From the NCBI GenBank assembly GCA_013265495.1, contig MU062133.1, forward strand, positions 10,146,182-10,210,181: a stretch of 64,000 nucleotides of DNA, written 5' to 3'. The DNA comes from Vicugna vicugna. Its lineage: Eukaryota. Below the pieces are notes generated by a model. That model searched no databases. It was not told the origin of the DNA and was given only the letters and a program-made list of their open reading frames with translations. The position numbers were made by a program, and so were the translations under genes. Of the stretch, positions 1 to 12,640 are shown piece after piece. Numbering within the stretch: position 1 is the first letter of the stretch; every line of letters begins with the position of its first letter.

Positions 1-2099
1 CCTCCTGCCCTGTCGTGTTCCCCGGCAGTATGTTTTGGAGTCTAGAGCTGTAGACTACAACTAGTAAATTGTCCTACTGACTTAATTAAAGTGGATGGAG
101 TCAGAAGAAACCAGGCTCCTAGATTCCCAGGCCAGTATTACTGTCCCAAAGAGAAGAGATTCCATAAAGTCAGATTTGTGGCTTGACATTTTGAACCCTG
201 CAGATACTGGCTTTACCCTCAGAACGCTCTCCTTTTCTTTTTCTTGATTTTGCTAGTTCTCTCCCATCATTTGCTGCCACGCCTGGAGTTTGTGAAGGAG
301 GGGGCCAGGCGGAGAGCTGTGTCCTTCTAGGTGACCCCCTAGGCCTGATGGGCCCTGGTTGGAGTGGGGACTGCCACAGCACCCCCTGCTGGGTGGTCGG
401 CTTGCCTACACTTTCTAGGGGAGCCCGGGTGGGCCTGTGGCTGGATCTCTGCCACCAGTGTGACCACGTGACTGCACGGCAGTGTGTCACGCCTCCCCAG
501 CCCTCTCTTGCTGTGCCTGTTCGGGGCAGAGAAGCCAGCTCCTGGCATGAGTGTGAGGAGGCTGGCGTGTCCTGGGCTGGCTATCCTGCCTGCGGCTCCA
601 GGGAACAGCCCCTCACTGGGACTCGGAGCAGGAATAGCTGACTTATCTCCTTTTAATTACTCTGGACTGGGATGGTTTATGTTATTTTCAGGGTGTCTTC
701 TCAATTTCATCCTAAAAATATGTCTTCGTTCTATTCAGAATAGATTTTTAATTGCCCTCTCCCTGAAAAGTGATGAGCAGAATTAGTCTTTGGGATACCA
801 GCAGCCTGAATGAGAAGTCTGGTTTTTGCTTGGTGGCCAAGGTAGCACATTAAGCAGGGCTGAGGTGGCTCCAGTCAGCCTGCACTTTGAAGGTGTCCAG
901 TTTCTGCATAGTGGCTGCCTTCTCTTACTCTGGGGTATTCAGTAGAGGAAAGGACTTGTGGCCAGTCTGTTATCCCATGATTGGGCGCCTGTCCCAGCCA
1001 GCTCTGGACTGGCTGGATGGCTCTCCACAGCTCCTTTCCCCTCTCTGAGTTTCAGGGCCTCACACATGACACATCACAGAGGCCAGATCAGTGCTTCCTC
1101 TAAACAAGAGATTCAGGCTTCTTGTGGTGACCTGCCAGGGACCGAGGGCCTGCACGGCAGCACGTGGTAGCCATTGCCTCTGCTGGGCCACTCTCACTGG
1201 CCCACCATTGGGACACTCTGGGCCAGCCGACCTGGAAGAGTCCCACTAGCCCTGACCTTGCCCACACCCCCAGGTCCACCCTGCCTGTTGACCCTCGTGG
1301 ATTCCCCACACTCCACAAACAAGCAGCTCCCCTCAGCAGTTCAGAGCTGCCCCCAGCAGGAACTCACCCAACGTTTTGGTGGCCCCTCAGTCCCCAGTCT
1401 CCTTGCCTTCTTTGCTGCCCCCAAACTTTCGATGTTACCACTGCCTCTCACCCTTCTGGCTGCAAGGGTCAGAAACTCCCTTAGGGGAGAAGGAATCCCA
1501 TGGGAACGGAAGACTGCTGGCTCCAAGGACCAGATCGCCCCCTTGTGTCCTCCTCGCTGACGTGGGTGTCTGCACGTCTTCACCTCAGGCCTGCTCAGGC
1601 CCAGCCTCTGTCTTTCTTCTTTTTTTCCCTGCAATCAACTGATGCACAATGTATATTTTCTAGTGAGAATTCCAGAGGAACAGAGTCCAGTGGGCTTAGC
1701 GAATTGGCGCTGCCCCACTGGGCAGAGCTCTTTGGGCCAAAGCTTCTCCGTAGAGTGCCTGCTGGACTGAGTGTTGACTGCCTTTTGGTCAAGGGCCCGT
1801 CTCTAGTCCCACCTGTGTCCGCCCTTCTGCCAGGAATGGTCCTGCCGGGGCCACAGTCCTCGGTGTGGGCTCTGGGCAGGAGAGTGTCTGAAAAGAGCAT
1901 GGTAGGTGCACACAGGCATGTATAGAACCCATCACCTACCTAAGTCCTACCCAACCATCACATCCCAGCATAGATCCCAGCCCCTGCAAGAAGCCCCTTT
2001 GGGTTCCTCCTGCTCCTTTCCAGTCATCAGGGACAGTACAGACACGGGGCCAGTCCCCATCTTGAAGCTTCCATCAACATTTCTTCCCTTAACCCAATC

Positions 2100-2185
2100 C
2101 TCATAACAACCTTCTGGAAACTGTATTCCCTTTTTACAAAGGGAAAATGAGGCCCAGAAAGGTCCTGTGACTCACTCAGTGGTGC
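2100..2185 (-). mobile_element. MIR SINE fragment
   Basis: ccctttttacaaagggaaaatgaggcccagaaagg resembles the reverse-strand MIR core (cccattttacagatgaggaaactgaggcccagagagg). Confidence 0.55.
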
Positions 2186-2590
2186 AGCCGAGGCTCATCT
2201 CCACCCCATGACTCCTGCCCAGTGTTCTGTCTATCCTGTTCCCGCCCCTCTGAGCCCTTGAGCCCCTGTTTTGTGTTATACACTGGACGATGGTTGGAGC
2301 CTGTCCTTTGGCATCTCCGGGGGGTGCCCTGTGTTGTGGTGATCTCTGATGTGTCCACTGCCCACGGTGTGTCTGCTCCTCCCTACACTAGACAGTTAGG
2401 TCAGCACCAGGAGGGCAGGATGGGGCACCATCGGGGCTCACCTGCGGGATGAAGGTGAATGGAGGTCAGATTCTTGGCAGCCTCAGCCTCTTCTTTGTCC
2501 TCTGCCTAGATGTCTTCTCCTTGAGGGAGGAAACACAGGATTTCTGGTAGAGTCTCTTCTGCTTGTCCTGAAGGTTAGAAAGTTTTAGAT

Positions 2591-2826
2591 GAGTGTGTGT
2601 GTCTGTGTGTGAGTGTGTGTGTCTCTGTGGTCCGTGTGTATGTGTCTGAGTGTGGCTCTGTGCATATCTCTGTGTGTCTGTGGGTCTGTGTGTGTATGTG
2701 GGTGTGTCTGTGAGTGTGTGTGTGAGTGTGTGTGTCTCTGTGGTCCGTGTGTATGTGTCTGAGTGTGGCTCTCTGTGTACCTTTGTGTGTCTGGGTGTGT
2801 CTCTCTGTGCCTGTGAGTGTGTGTGC
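2591..2826. repeat. Degenerate (TG)n-rich microsatellite / low-complexity tract
   Basis: Interrupted GT/TC dinucleotide runs; explains the His/Thr and Val/Cys-rich spurious ORFs at 2575-2949 and 2650-2910. Confidence 0.9.
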
Positions 2827-4471
2827 TTGCACAGGCAGGCAGTCAGCAGACAGAGGCGCTGCCTGGAGTTCCTGACAGATGACGCCGTGCTCCCTGTCGG
2901 GGGCCTTTAATTTCCCGTTCAGCGCCAAGCCTGTGAGGGATCCAGTCACTCGCCCACACCTCTGTCAGTAAAATGCCAACAAGCCATTTATGTCCCTGTT
3001 TCTTAGAAAATGAAAACTCAAGTCATTCAACCATAGCAGCCTGTGAATGGGTCTTGCAGATTTACCCTCCAGTACCTGGAGACCGGCCTCTGGATCCTGG
3101 AGACTCCTGCCAGGGCGACAGGAGCCGGGGCCACCCGGTGGTCCTGCAGGGTCCCCTGGGCGTGAGCTCGGGCCTTTGATGAGGGCCTAGCCCGTGGTAC
3201 CTGTGCTGAGGGGTGGTCAAGGACCTGTAAAGGATTCCAGAAGGCTCCACCCTGGGCTGGGTTAGTCCAGCTGAATGGAAAGATGTGCAGGAGCAGGCCC
3301 CACGCTGACGCTGGAGGCCATGAGAACACGCCTTGGGAGGTGTGTCTGGGTGGGTCACTGGGGGCCCTTCTGGGGGTGATGCCGACATGCTCTTGTGGCA
3401 CCATCCAGGGTGGATGGCCTCCAGGTGTGGGGCGTGTGGACAGAGGGCTGGGCTCCCTCACCGCCTCGGCCCCAGCAGAGCAGGTGGCTTTGTCTAGGAT
3501 CCACAAGTGGTCCCTGGAGGAGCTGTTTACATCGTGGGAAGTGATTTTTTCCCCACCTTCTTATTGCTTCTCTTCTCTCTGGAGGAGCCCATGTGATTCT
3601 CCTAAACTGACATGTGGGCTGGGGCCCCCTCATGGTCACCTCACGGATGGACCCTTGTGTCCAGCTCCTCCAGCATGGGGTCATTTCTCTTCACAGAGGG
3701 ACTCCTTCTGCCCTGCAGGAGGCTCTCCAGTGGTCTGTTGGCCCTTGCTTTCAAATCCTCTTTGAGAATTTCTCAAACATCTGCAGAGTCAATGCTCTTG
3801 CCTCTCAAATTCCCAAGCAGTCTAAAGAAGAACTCTGGGCTCTTCTTTCCCTCGGAGGGAAGTGGCCTCCATCATTTCTGCAGTGTCTGATTGCCCTGCA
3901 GCCTGGCGGGCCTGTTGCTGGTGGTGGGGTAGGTCAGGGGAGGCCAAGCCTCAGTGTGGGGAGGGGGTCTCAGGGGAGCATCATCCAGACCCTCACTAGC
4001 GGGGCTGTGGGAGCCTCTCATCCTCCTGGGCCGTGACTTGTGCTCAGGGACTCCCTCTGAGCTCTTCGTCTATCCTGAGTGTCCTAGGCAAGTAACCCAA
4101 ACACAGCTACGTTCCCCCGTGGCCCAGGCTCCAGTGGGAAGTGCGTGAAACAACAGAACGTCTTTCTCCCTGAAGAACAACGCAGGGCTTCCTTACAGCT
4201 TTCCTCAAAAGGGTGTGTGGAGTCCCACCTATCACATCCCCAGGTGCATTCTCCAAATCCAGTTTAGAGCCTCTGACCTGGAAGTTTCCCAATTGAGACC
4301 GCTGCTCAGACTCTCCCCTCCCACTCACCTGTAGTTCATTTACTGACGGGCCCTCCTCACTCACCTCCTTCCCAGCCCTCCACCCTTCACCCCCACAGGC
4401 CTGACTTGCCGTCCCCTCCATGCACAGCCCCTGCAGGACAGTCATGTCACTCCTGCTGGATACTTCTAGAA

Positions 4472-5595
4472 CACGTGCTTGGGGTTTACTGTTGCTAGAG
4501 GTGGCAAATGCATCTGTTTCAAATCATTTATGTTTTAAGTCAGTAAATGACTACTTATGTAAGTTTCCCTGGCACTTTGGGGACTTCTGAGCGTGTGCGT
4601 GCACATGCGTGTGTGTACCTGTGTGTATCACCTGAGAATGCATGGCTAGTGAAGATTGGATAATCATGCTCATTTCTCAGTCACCGGTTGGTTTATGACT
4701 TTGGATCAATTTGACTGCTATATACTTTTAAATTGCTTTTATTATTTGTCATATATGGTTTCACATATAGTGAAAGTGTGGCTATAAAAAGTGGCAAAGA
4801 CGGAAAACATAAAGAACATTTATATTAAGCTACCACAAGCTAATGAGGAGCCTAAGAATGATAGTTCTGAAAATTTGCCTGAGTCATTTCTTCCAGATTT
4901 GTAAGTTGTGATCATCTGATTCAAGTTCTTATATAGGTCTTCTAAATGTCTTTAGTATGTCAAATGAGGGGGAAAAAGGTGTAGGGTTGGAGTCCACAGA
5001 AAATACAGAGAAAGTTTAGCTAGGTTGTCTTTTTATTGATTGGGATATTACAAGCAATATGTTATTTTGAAGAACTTATAAATCTCTCTCTGAATCCTGC
5101 TTTGTCTTATCATTTAGATAACATGTGAACATTACAAAAATAGTGCAGTTGATTTTCTTACACTCAAAATGTGAGAATTCTAAAGATCAGGTCACAAAAT
5201 ACAGGTTTTATCTATTTTTAAAGCTGATGCATATAATTAAGTTTCAATTATGTTTTAAATGTATGTTGGTTTCAGAATCAAAATGTCATGTTTTATTTGT
5301 CAACAAATCAGTCTTCCCTTACACAACTAATTTAAAAGAAATGAAATGTTGTGTGCAACTTGTTAAATGGAAAAATGTTGAAATGTGTCCTTATATATTA
5401 TGAACGTTATTAAAAATTATCTTTTAATGCTCACTTAATATAATCTTTCAATAATGTACTCATATAAAATATTTAACTAAAAATCTTTTTTTACCGTAAG
5501 CCATGCAAAAGTGATAAAATGATATGAGGGGGTTCGTGAAATTATAGATTATCGTGAACAGAGTTCATTAGTCAAAACCGGGATTGGAAATGCTG
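4472..5595. mobile_element. Ancient hAT-Charlie-type DNA transposon relic (subfamily not assigned)
   Basis: ~1.1-kb AT-rich island in GC-rich flanks; right end ggggttcgtgaa...ttggaaatgctg is Charlie-like; flanked by ttctagaa (4464-4471) and atctagag (5596-5603), both fitting the NTCTAGAN Charlie target; left TIR is degenerate. Confidence 0.5.
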
Positions 5596-6114
5596 ATCTA
5601 GAGACACAAAACCCAGGAAGTCACAGTCCTGAGCAGGAAGGAGGGAAGAGAGGCGAGCTATGGTGGTGAAGATGGAGAGGGACCAGCCCCGCCTGGAACG
5701 GAGCATGCTGCTTCTGCTTGGGCTCAAATACCCTTCTCACCTCTCACCAGCCAGAGACCATCCCCACAGCAAATGCCAAAAGCTAGTCAGAGATGAGGGC
5801 ACTGATCTTTGTTACCTTTACCTCTTGTTTCCTGAAACTAAGTCACGATGAAAAGTACATCCTTCGCGGATGGAAACCCCAGGTTCTCAGTAGGACCCAA
5901 CCCTGTTCCTGCGGCCGCCGATGAAGCGTACATCTCCCCAAACGTCAGTTGTGGAAGGTGCATCCCGAGGCTAATCCTTAGCTAAGCTGCTTTGCCAGCC
6001 TGCCTTAGATTAGACTGGGTGGATGGGGTGCAGATGACAGCATTTCCGAGAACTGGCTGTCACATGACTTGGCAAGAGGCTACCAGGAAGGGAGAATTTC
6101 ATCCCTTGCACCAT

Positions 6115-6230
6115 TTGTGAGAGCTGGAAGGACCACAGGGTGCAGGTCATCCAGGCCAATTCTCTTTCTGTAGAGGGGACACATCGAAGCCCAGGGATGG
6201 GAGGAGGCTTGCACACAGGTGGCCCATGAT
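6115..6230 (-). mobile_element. MIR (MIR3-like) fragment
   Basis: gagagctggaaggacc...ggtcatccaggccaattctctttctgtagagggg...gaagcccaggga matches the MIR3 reverse-strand pattern. Confidence 0.5.
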
Positions 6231-9200
6231 GCCAGGAAATCTTCAAGAGTGGTCTAGTTCACACGTATGTGCCATTTAAAAGGTACTAATCACAGGACGA
6301 TTGCATCGTTGCTGCACCCTGGGAGATGGCCTCAGGGTCCTGGGGAAAGGCTCTCACACAGAGCACAGGCTCCAGGAGACAGCGTCGATGGGGGAGAAGG
6401 CTTATGTTTGGGGCAGATTACGTTAAGCAACAGCAGAGACCGTCTGCTGTGGTCGGGGCTCTGTGAGTATTTTGTGACCCATCCTGCGGGAACATTTATT
6501 TGTATCTATTCCAGTTGGTTGACCTGCCACAGCCCATCTTCAGATGTATCCATCCAAGGTGCTATTATTTATAGAATCATTGACTCACAAGCTCCCCAAG
6601 GGCTCCCCTGCCAAGTGACTTCCCAGCCACTGCCGGTCTCCCCCGAGGGCAGACGTGCGCTGTCCGGCAGCCGTCCATTCCTCCAGGCGCAGCCTGGCGG
6701 GGGGAGGGCCCTGCTGGACTAGCCCTTTCCCTCTGGCTCCTGTTCCTTCTGCCCCTTGGGGTCACCCAGAGTGCACCTGGCCCGCCTGCCACAGGACATG
6801 TACAGATGATGACCGGACCTTCCCCGTGGCCACAGATAAATGCCAAGGCAGCAATAACGTCTCGGTCCCCTGCTCTTCACACAAGATGTTTCACATCCTC
6901 TTAGCATCTCAGTCATGCTTCTCTGAATGGGCTGCAGTTTGTCCACATCCCGTGGAAACCACGGCCCAAGAACTAAATGCAGCGCTTGGAGCGCTGACCA
7001 GGCAGCAAAGGACAGAGTTGCCAGCTCTTTGTGCCAAGATCTCATTGAGCAGCTGGGCCTGGTTACAGCTGACAGCTCTTCTGGAAGCTTCCATGTTCTG
7101 GTGGGGACCATGCAGTTTGGCATGTGGGTGAGGCGTGCATCAGGGGCAGTGGAATTTCACCTCTGAAAGGACCACATGTGTTGTTCAGAAAGAACATTTC
7201 TTTCTAAGGCCTTTTTCTGTTCCCCAGAAAAGTCCTGTCACTCTTTCACAGAGTGACACGGACTTCAGACCTTCAGTGATTTACTTAATGATCCCAGGCC
7301 TCTTGATCTGGCTTTTCACGGGCCTGGAGACCACCAGAGGCACCTCGGATGTCCCTGTTCTCGTTCCTGAGGACCTAATTGGAGCTCAGGGTCCCCTGAA
7401 ATTCCACCAGAAAGCGCCAGCTAATTACACAGCAGGGTAATCGTGCAAGAGCCTCTTCTAAGAAGGACAGTATGTCCTGTTGATCATCCAAGGCTGAATA
7501 TTTTTGCAGCGTTCTATATTTACACCAAAATGGAGATGAACGTCACAATATGGCATTATCCCAGGAAATGAATGAATCTGTCAAAAATCACTCTTTACTG
7601 AATGACTTCTTTAACCCAAGTTGCCAGCAAAGTCTATCGCAGTGGGGAGTCATGCTCTGAATGATGTATCCTGATGAAAAATTGATATTGGTGGCAATGA
7701 CATTTTTAAAGATTCTATGTGTTAACAGTAACTTTGAGTTCTGTGGGAGGCGCCGAGGGTGGCGTGTTCTGCGTGCCCACACACGTGTTTATTAGTTTGT
7801 AACCTTCAGCCGTGGCACTCCACCATCACAGCAAAATTGCAACCCTTCAGCGCCTGGGGACATTCATGTTAAAGTGGCTTTGAGGAGAGATGGCTCATGC
7901 GGTCAGGCATTTTGGTGTCACACTCAATTGGCTAACCATAGTCATTTTGGGTTGTATTATTGACTAATTTGGATAATTCACCTACTGGGAAGTATTTAAA
8001 GACAAAAATGTAAAATCCCGTTGGTTCATGAGCGAGGTCCTTGATGTCAGTTCTGTGACATATTTTTAAACACTGGAAGCTGTTCTGAAGGACTATCGAG
8101 GCATGTTGTGGTTAAGCAAAGCAGTATCAGGATCCCATCAGCTGTCTGTCAGCCCGTCTTCCTGTGCTCCTGGAGGTTCCCATCCGGGCAGCTATTTCAT
8201 ACCTGGGCAGCTCCAGTTTAATGGAGAAGGCCATTAACAAGCGTGCTGGAGTGTGTCCCTGTCTGGAGCCTGGATGAGCCATCAGCAGGCTCACAAGCTC
8301 GTTTCTTGATTGGTGTGGAAATATGTCACCCCTGATAGTGTTGCAGGCTGTCGCCGCTGATGGATTAATGACAGAGCCCCTGCTGCACGGCCTCAGTCAC
8401 AACAAGCCACGCAGATGGAACAGAGTTTGGAGCCACGTCTGCAGGAGGCCTTGGAATGCCATGTGCGGCAGCTACTAGGAGTATGCAAGGGTGGAAGTGG
8501 AGGGGGGCAGAGTCACTCTGGGACATGTTGCTGTGTCTCTCTGTCCCCTGCCTGTGAGGTTTGAGAGTTTGAGGCCCACATTCCCCTAGAAATATTTTTG
8601 AGGCGCTTAGGTTCTGACATGGGCACAGGATTTTACTAGTTTTCCCCAAATCACATCCCTCCTTCCTTGTGTCCCATAATCACTTTAACCTGCCTTACAT
8701 TATGAAGGGTCTGTGTCTCGTCTCTTACCTACGTGCACAAATAATGACCATGCACCCCTTTGTGCAGCCAGCACCACCAGGGTGCATCTGGGTTATAGTA
8801 TCTTGGGACCAAGAAAGGCGACCCATTCTGCCCCAGGCACCCACACACATCACCTTATGTTACCCGGGCTGACTTGGGTTGATACGCAGTGTAAGTGGCC
8901 GAAACGAGTCAAACAGGAATGAACGTATGGCTGAGCTGAGAGGAAAGGCCATGTTCTCATCCCCAAACCACAGGGTCTAATCGCAGGTCAGCACACCCTG
9001 AGATTTCACAAGATTTCACAAGAAGCAGGGAGTGATCTGAGGGCATTAGCTCCCCCAACAGGATGGGCAGGGCGTCCAAATACTTCTCTGGTATTCACTT
9101 TGCAAATGCCCCACTCTTTCCCATTAAGGTACCTCTCTGGACAATCCATGGAAAGTTCTGCTCTTCCTCTCTCAGCCCAGGCTGGAGCAAGACTGGGCTC

Positions 9201-9799
9201 TGGGCTCTCTTCTTGACTGCTGCTAACTCAGAGTATAACCTTGGCTGAGCATATGCCTTCTCCTCTCTGGGCCTCAGCTTCTCCGTATGCATGAGGAGAC
9301 GGCTAGAACAAAAGACTAATAACTCTTTGAGTTATGATTGTGAACATTCACCTCTTACCAAGACAAGCCTGCACCTAGACACATGTACACACATACATGC
9401 GTGCACACACACACACGTACAGACGTGCCCGGCTGGGTCCCGATCCCTCACTGTTATCAAGGTCCATCCTCTCCATGTGAGTCCCTTTGGTGCAGTGCAG
9501 GGAGCGGTGGTTGCTGGCGTTGGGGGCTGGGCAGCCACACCTCCTGGGAGAGGCCACTGCCGAGTGCTCCTTGCCATGTAAACCATCATTCAGCCCTGAA
9601 GGACAGAGCAGCGCTCCCATGGTGGGTTCTCACTGTGCTATATAAATGTTTCTTTTGCTGCGTAACTAACGAAGCTGCTCTACCAAAAGTTTAGAAACTA
9701 GAGACGAGGGGAAGAGAAGTCACCTAGAACAATGCAGCCCCAATGGCTGCCCCTGTCATTTTGCAAATTTCCTTCTGGTGACTTTTCAAATATGTACTT

Positions 9800-9995
9800 A
9801 AAATCTTTTCATGCTTGGCACTGTGCCAGGCACTTTGCACACATTAATTACTTGAATCTTCACAACTTTTCCTGGATAGTAATTAACGGACCCCATTCTA
9901 TGGCAGAGAAGACTGTCTCCAGGTTGAGCAAGTTTCTGAGGATATTCAGCTGCTAAGGGCTGGGATTCAAACCCCTGCTTTGTGACCCCAGAACT
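9800..9995 (-). mobile_element. MIR SINE
   Basis: ctgtgccaggcactttgcacacattaattacttgaatcttcacaac...ccccattctatggcagagaagactg...gggattcaaaccc follows the full reverse MIR layout. Confidence 0.8.
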
Positions 9996-10014
9996 TTTCC
10001 TCCTTCCATTAGCA

Positions 10015-10196
10015 CAGTGGTTCCCAAGTGTCACCTGTAGGAAGATCAGCTGGAAGGCCTGTTAGGACACAGATTGCTCGGCCCATCTCCAAAGGTTTCT
10101 GATTCAGTAGGTCCCAGCCCGAGGTTCTGCATTTGTAGCAAACTCCCACGTGACGCTGAGGCTGCTGCCCTGGGAGCCATACTTTGAGAACCACTG
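10015..10196 (-). mobile_element. MER5A (hAT-Charlie MITE)
   Basis: Terminal inverted repeats cagtggttccca...tgagaaccactg; 182 bp; the reverse complement reads cagtggttctcaaagtatgg...cagcagcctcagcgtcacgtgggag...gacctactgaatcagaaac as in MER5A. Confidence 0.9.
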
Positions 10197-10724
10197 TCCT
10201 GGTCTCTGCTGCTTCCCTGTGCAGACCTGCTTCCAGGTCCTGATTTCCCTGTTCATTCTGAAGCATCCCCCTCTGTTGCTGTTTACCTTCACAAACATCA
10301 CTTTCAGCAGCTATGTGGTATGATGCATGTTCTTTAAAAGAAATTTATTGATTAGTTGATGCTCTGGAATTCATAAACCGTGTCTTCAGCTAAGAGCCCA
10401 GGAAAAACCATCCACAGTTATATTCCTCCCTGAGAAGGGCTCTCTGGGCCCTCTAGCTGATCCTAAAGTGACAGTATGTTGGATCATTACATCATTGCCC
10501 AATACCATTTCCAGTTACCTACATCTGTCCCATTCTTCAAGGCACAATTCAGCTTTCATCTCCACCAGGAAGCCCACCGTACCTGCACCAGCCCTTTGGG
10601 ATCTCTTCCTTGCTGAGTCCAGTTACATGGGTATTACTGTAGTTGAAGGCCTCATTTATAGCCTGGGAATGAGTTCTGTCTCTTCTAGAGAGTGATCTTG
10701 ATAGCCCAGAGCCCAGTCTGTCAG

Positions 10725-10826
10725 TCCTGCAAGGGCCTTGGAAGACCTTTGGTCCAGTCTCCCAGTGTATAGATGATGAAACTGAGGCCCAGAGGTGAAG
10801 AGAACTGTCCCAGCTCACACAGAGCT
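10725..10826 (-). mobile_element. MIR (MIR3-like) fragment
   Basis: agatgatgaaactgaggcccagaggtgaag MIR core. Confidence 0.7.
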
Positions 10827-11534
10827 CTGTCCCTACAAACTGTTTTGAATCAATTCATGACAACAGAGATTGTTTTTTGACCTTATTTCTGATATGCATT
10901 TACTGTTTAAAGTGACTTCCCAGATATCCCTACACTGAGAGCATACAGACTTGAGACAGACGGGGTGTAGTGCCTCTCCTCCTCCCCGCCCTGCTGTGCA
11001 GCCTGGGGACCACCTCTGGAGCCACAGCCACTGTCTCGCCAGGGGCCCTCTCATGCCTGTATGGGTAGCCACTGGAGAAGGCGCTTGGATCCCGGATCCT
11101 ATTCCAAAGGTGTACAAGGGGCCCCTGGGAGCCAGGGCACCCTCCGCTCTTCTGACGCTCCAGGGGTGGGAGCTGAGTTCACAGGGGCCCCCAGCTTGCA
11201 GATGGGTCCTTCCTCTAGAAGCATGACCTGTGTGCAGAGCTCAGGATGGAGTGAATAATGTGGAAGGAAGCCACAGCTGGTCTTTCTCTGTGGGAAGGAA
11301 ATATGCCTGGAGGCTTATGTTTTTATTATCTAACAAGTGTATTTTCTCTGAAGCAGGCTCAAAATGGGGCAAGAATAATTATTCCCTGCAGCCCCACCTC
11401 CGCCTTCTCCTCCCAGGGGACTGTGTGACAGCCTCTTGGCTGGCCCCGCTCCGCCCGGCCCCTCCACCTGCAGCTACTCCTCAGTGGCTGCCATGAATAT
11501 GGATGGCGGATTCTACATTTCCAATTTGCCCTTA

Positions 11535-12010
11535 TTTTTTTTCTTATTACAAAAGCAATATACATTCATTATTTAAAAATCAGAAAATATGAACCAAAAA
11601 GAAATGAATGAAAATACCTCATAATATCACCCATGCCAAAGATAACCAGAAAAAAATGATGACTCTCAGTTTCAGATCATACTTCCTTTCTCTTTCCTTA
11701 TTCTCTATTTCATTTAAGGTTTTTATGTACCTATAAACATGCTATTGGGTGTTATAGGGCTTTTCTTTAAACCATAAATAAATTCATGCTTATGTATGTT
11801 GTAACATGCTTTCTTCACTTAGAGAATCTTGGGTACCTTTGCATGTCAGTGCTTGAAGATCTGATTCATCCTTGTTAAAATAGCGTTCAATAATTAATAA
11901 CACTGAAGCATTGATTGACACAGTCCTCTTGTGTTGGCTGTTTAAATTATTTTCAAACTTTGCCCTCTGAACAATACACACATCGTTGTGTACTGGCCAG
12001 TTACCTCCAG
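11535..12010 (-). mobile_element. Old L1M (L1ME-like) 3' fragment
   Basis: ttattacaaaagcaatatacattcattatttaaaaatcagaaaatat...acatgctttcttcactta... is typical antisense L1ME 3'UTR; AT-rich. Confidence 0.6.
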
Positions 12011-12039
12011 TTAGTTCACTGGGTATGTTTAAATGGTGT

Positions 12040-12640
12040 AGTTTATTCATTCAAGCAGCCATTTACCAAGCTCCCACTATGTGCCAGCCCTTGTATCACA
12101 TACTAGGGCTGCAACAGTGCACCAGACAACAAGATCCCCTATCCTAGCACTTCTAGAAAGGGGGCATGGTTCATAAACAAGAAACAAGTAAATTTTAAAA
12201 ATCACTGCAGATTGTGAGAAGTGCTACGTGAAATCAACTGTGTGATGTGATGGAGTGATTGAGGGAGAAGGTAGGGGGGCTGGTGTGAATGTGGGAGGTC
12301 GGAGGGGGCTTCTCCGAGGAGGCGTATGACCCAAAACCTGCAAGAGAAGGGCTGAGCATGATGAACAGAGACTGAGGCAGAAGGGGCTGGTGTGGCGGAG
12401 GAAGGAGGAGGCAGAGCAGAGGGAGCAGGGGACCACTGGCCAAAGAAAAGGCTGGAGAAGTCATGGGACCCAGCCATGACTTGGGACCCAGAGGCCGTGG
12501 TCAGTATGTAGATTTCCTTCTGGGAACAGCGTGGTGTGGCAGGGGCAGGGGGATGAAGAGACAGCAAAGGACAAGATTTATTTTGGAGTTGGAACCTACA
12601 GGACATGGTGATGAGGCTGGGGAGGAGGAACAGGGAGAGA
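12040..12640 (-). mobile_element. L2 LINE 3' portion
   Basis: Begins with the antisense L2 tail attcattcaagcagccatttaccaagctcccactatgtgccag; the minus ORF 12202-12768 contains LITMSCRFQLQNKSCPLLS, resembling the L2 ORF2 C-terminal SCRF.LQNIS motif. Confidence 0.8.

Noticed and set aside
9001-9022. Short tandem duplications (agatttcaca x2 here; tggccgttt x2 at ~14976; (GGCCT)4 at ~51421)
   Set aside because: Ordinary slippage products with no further structure
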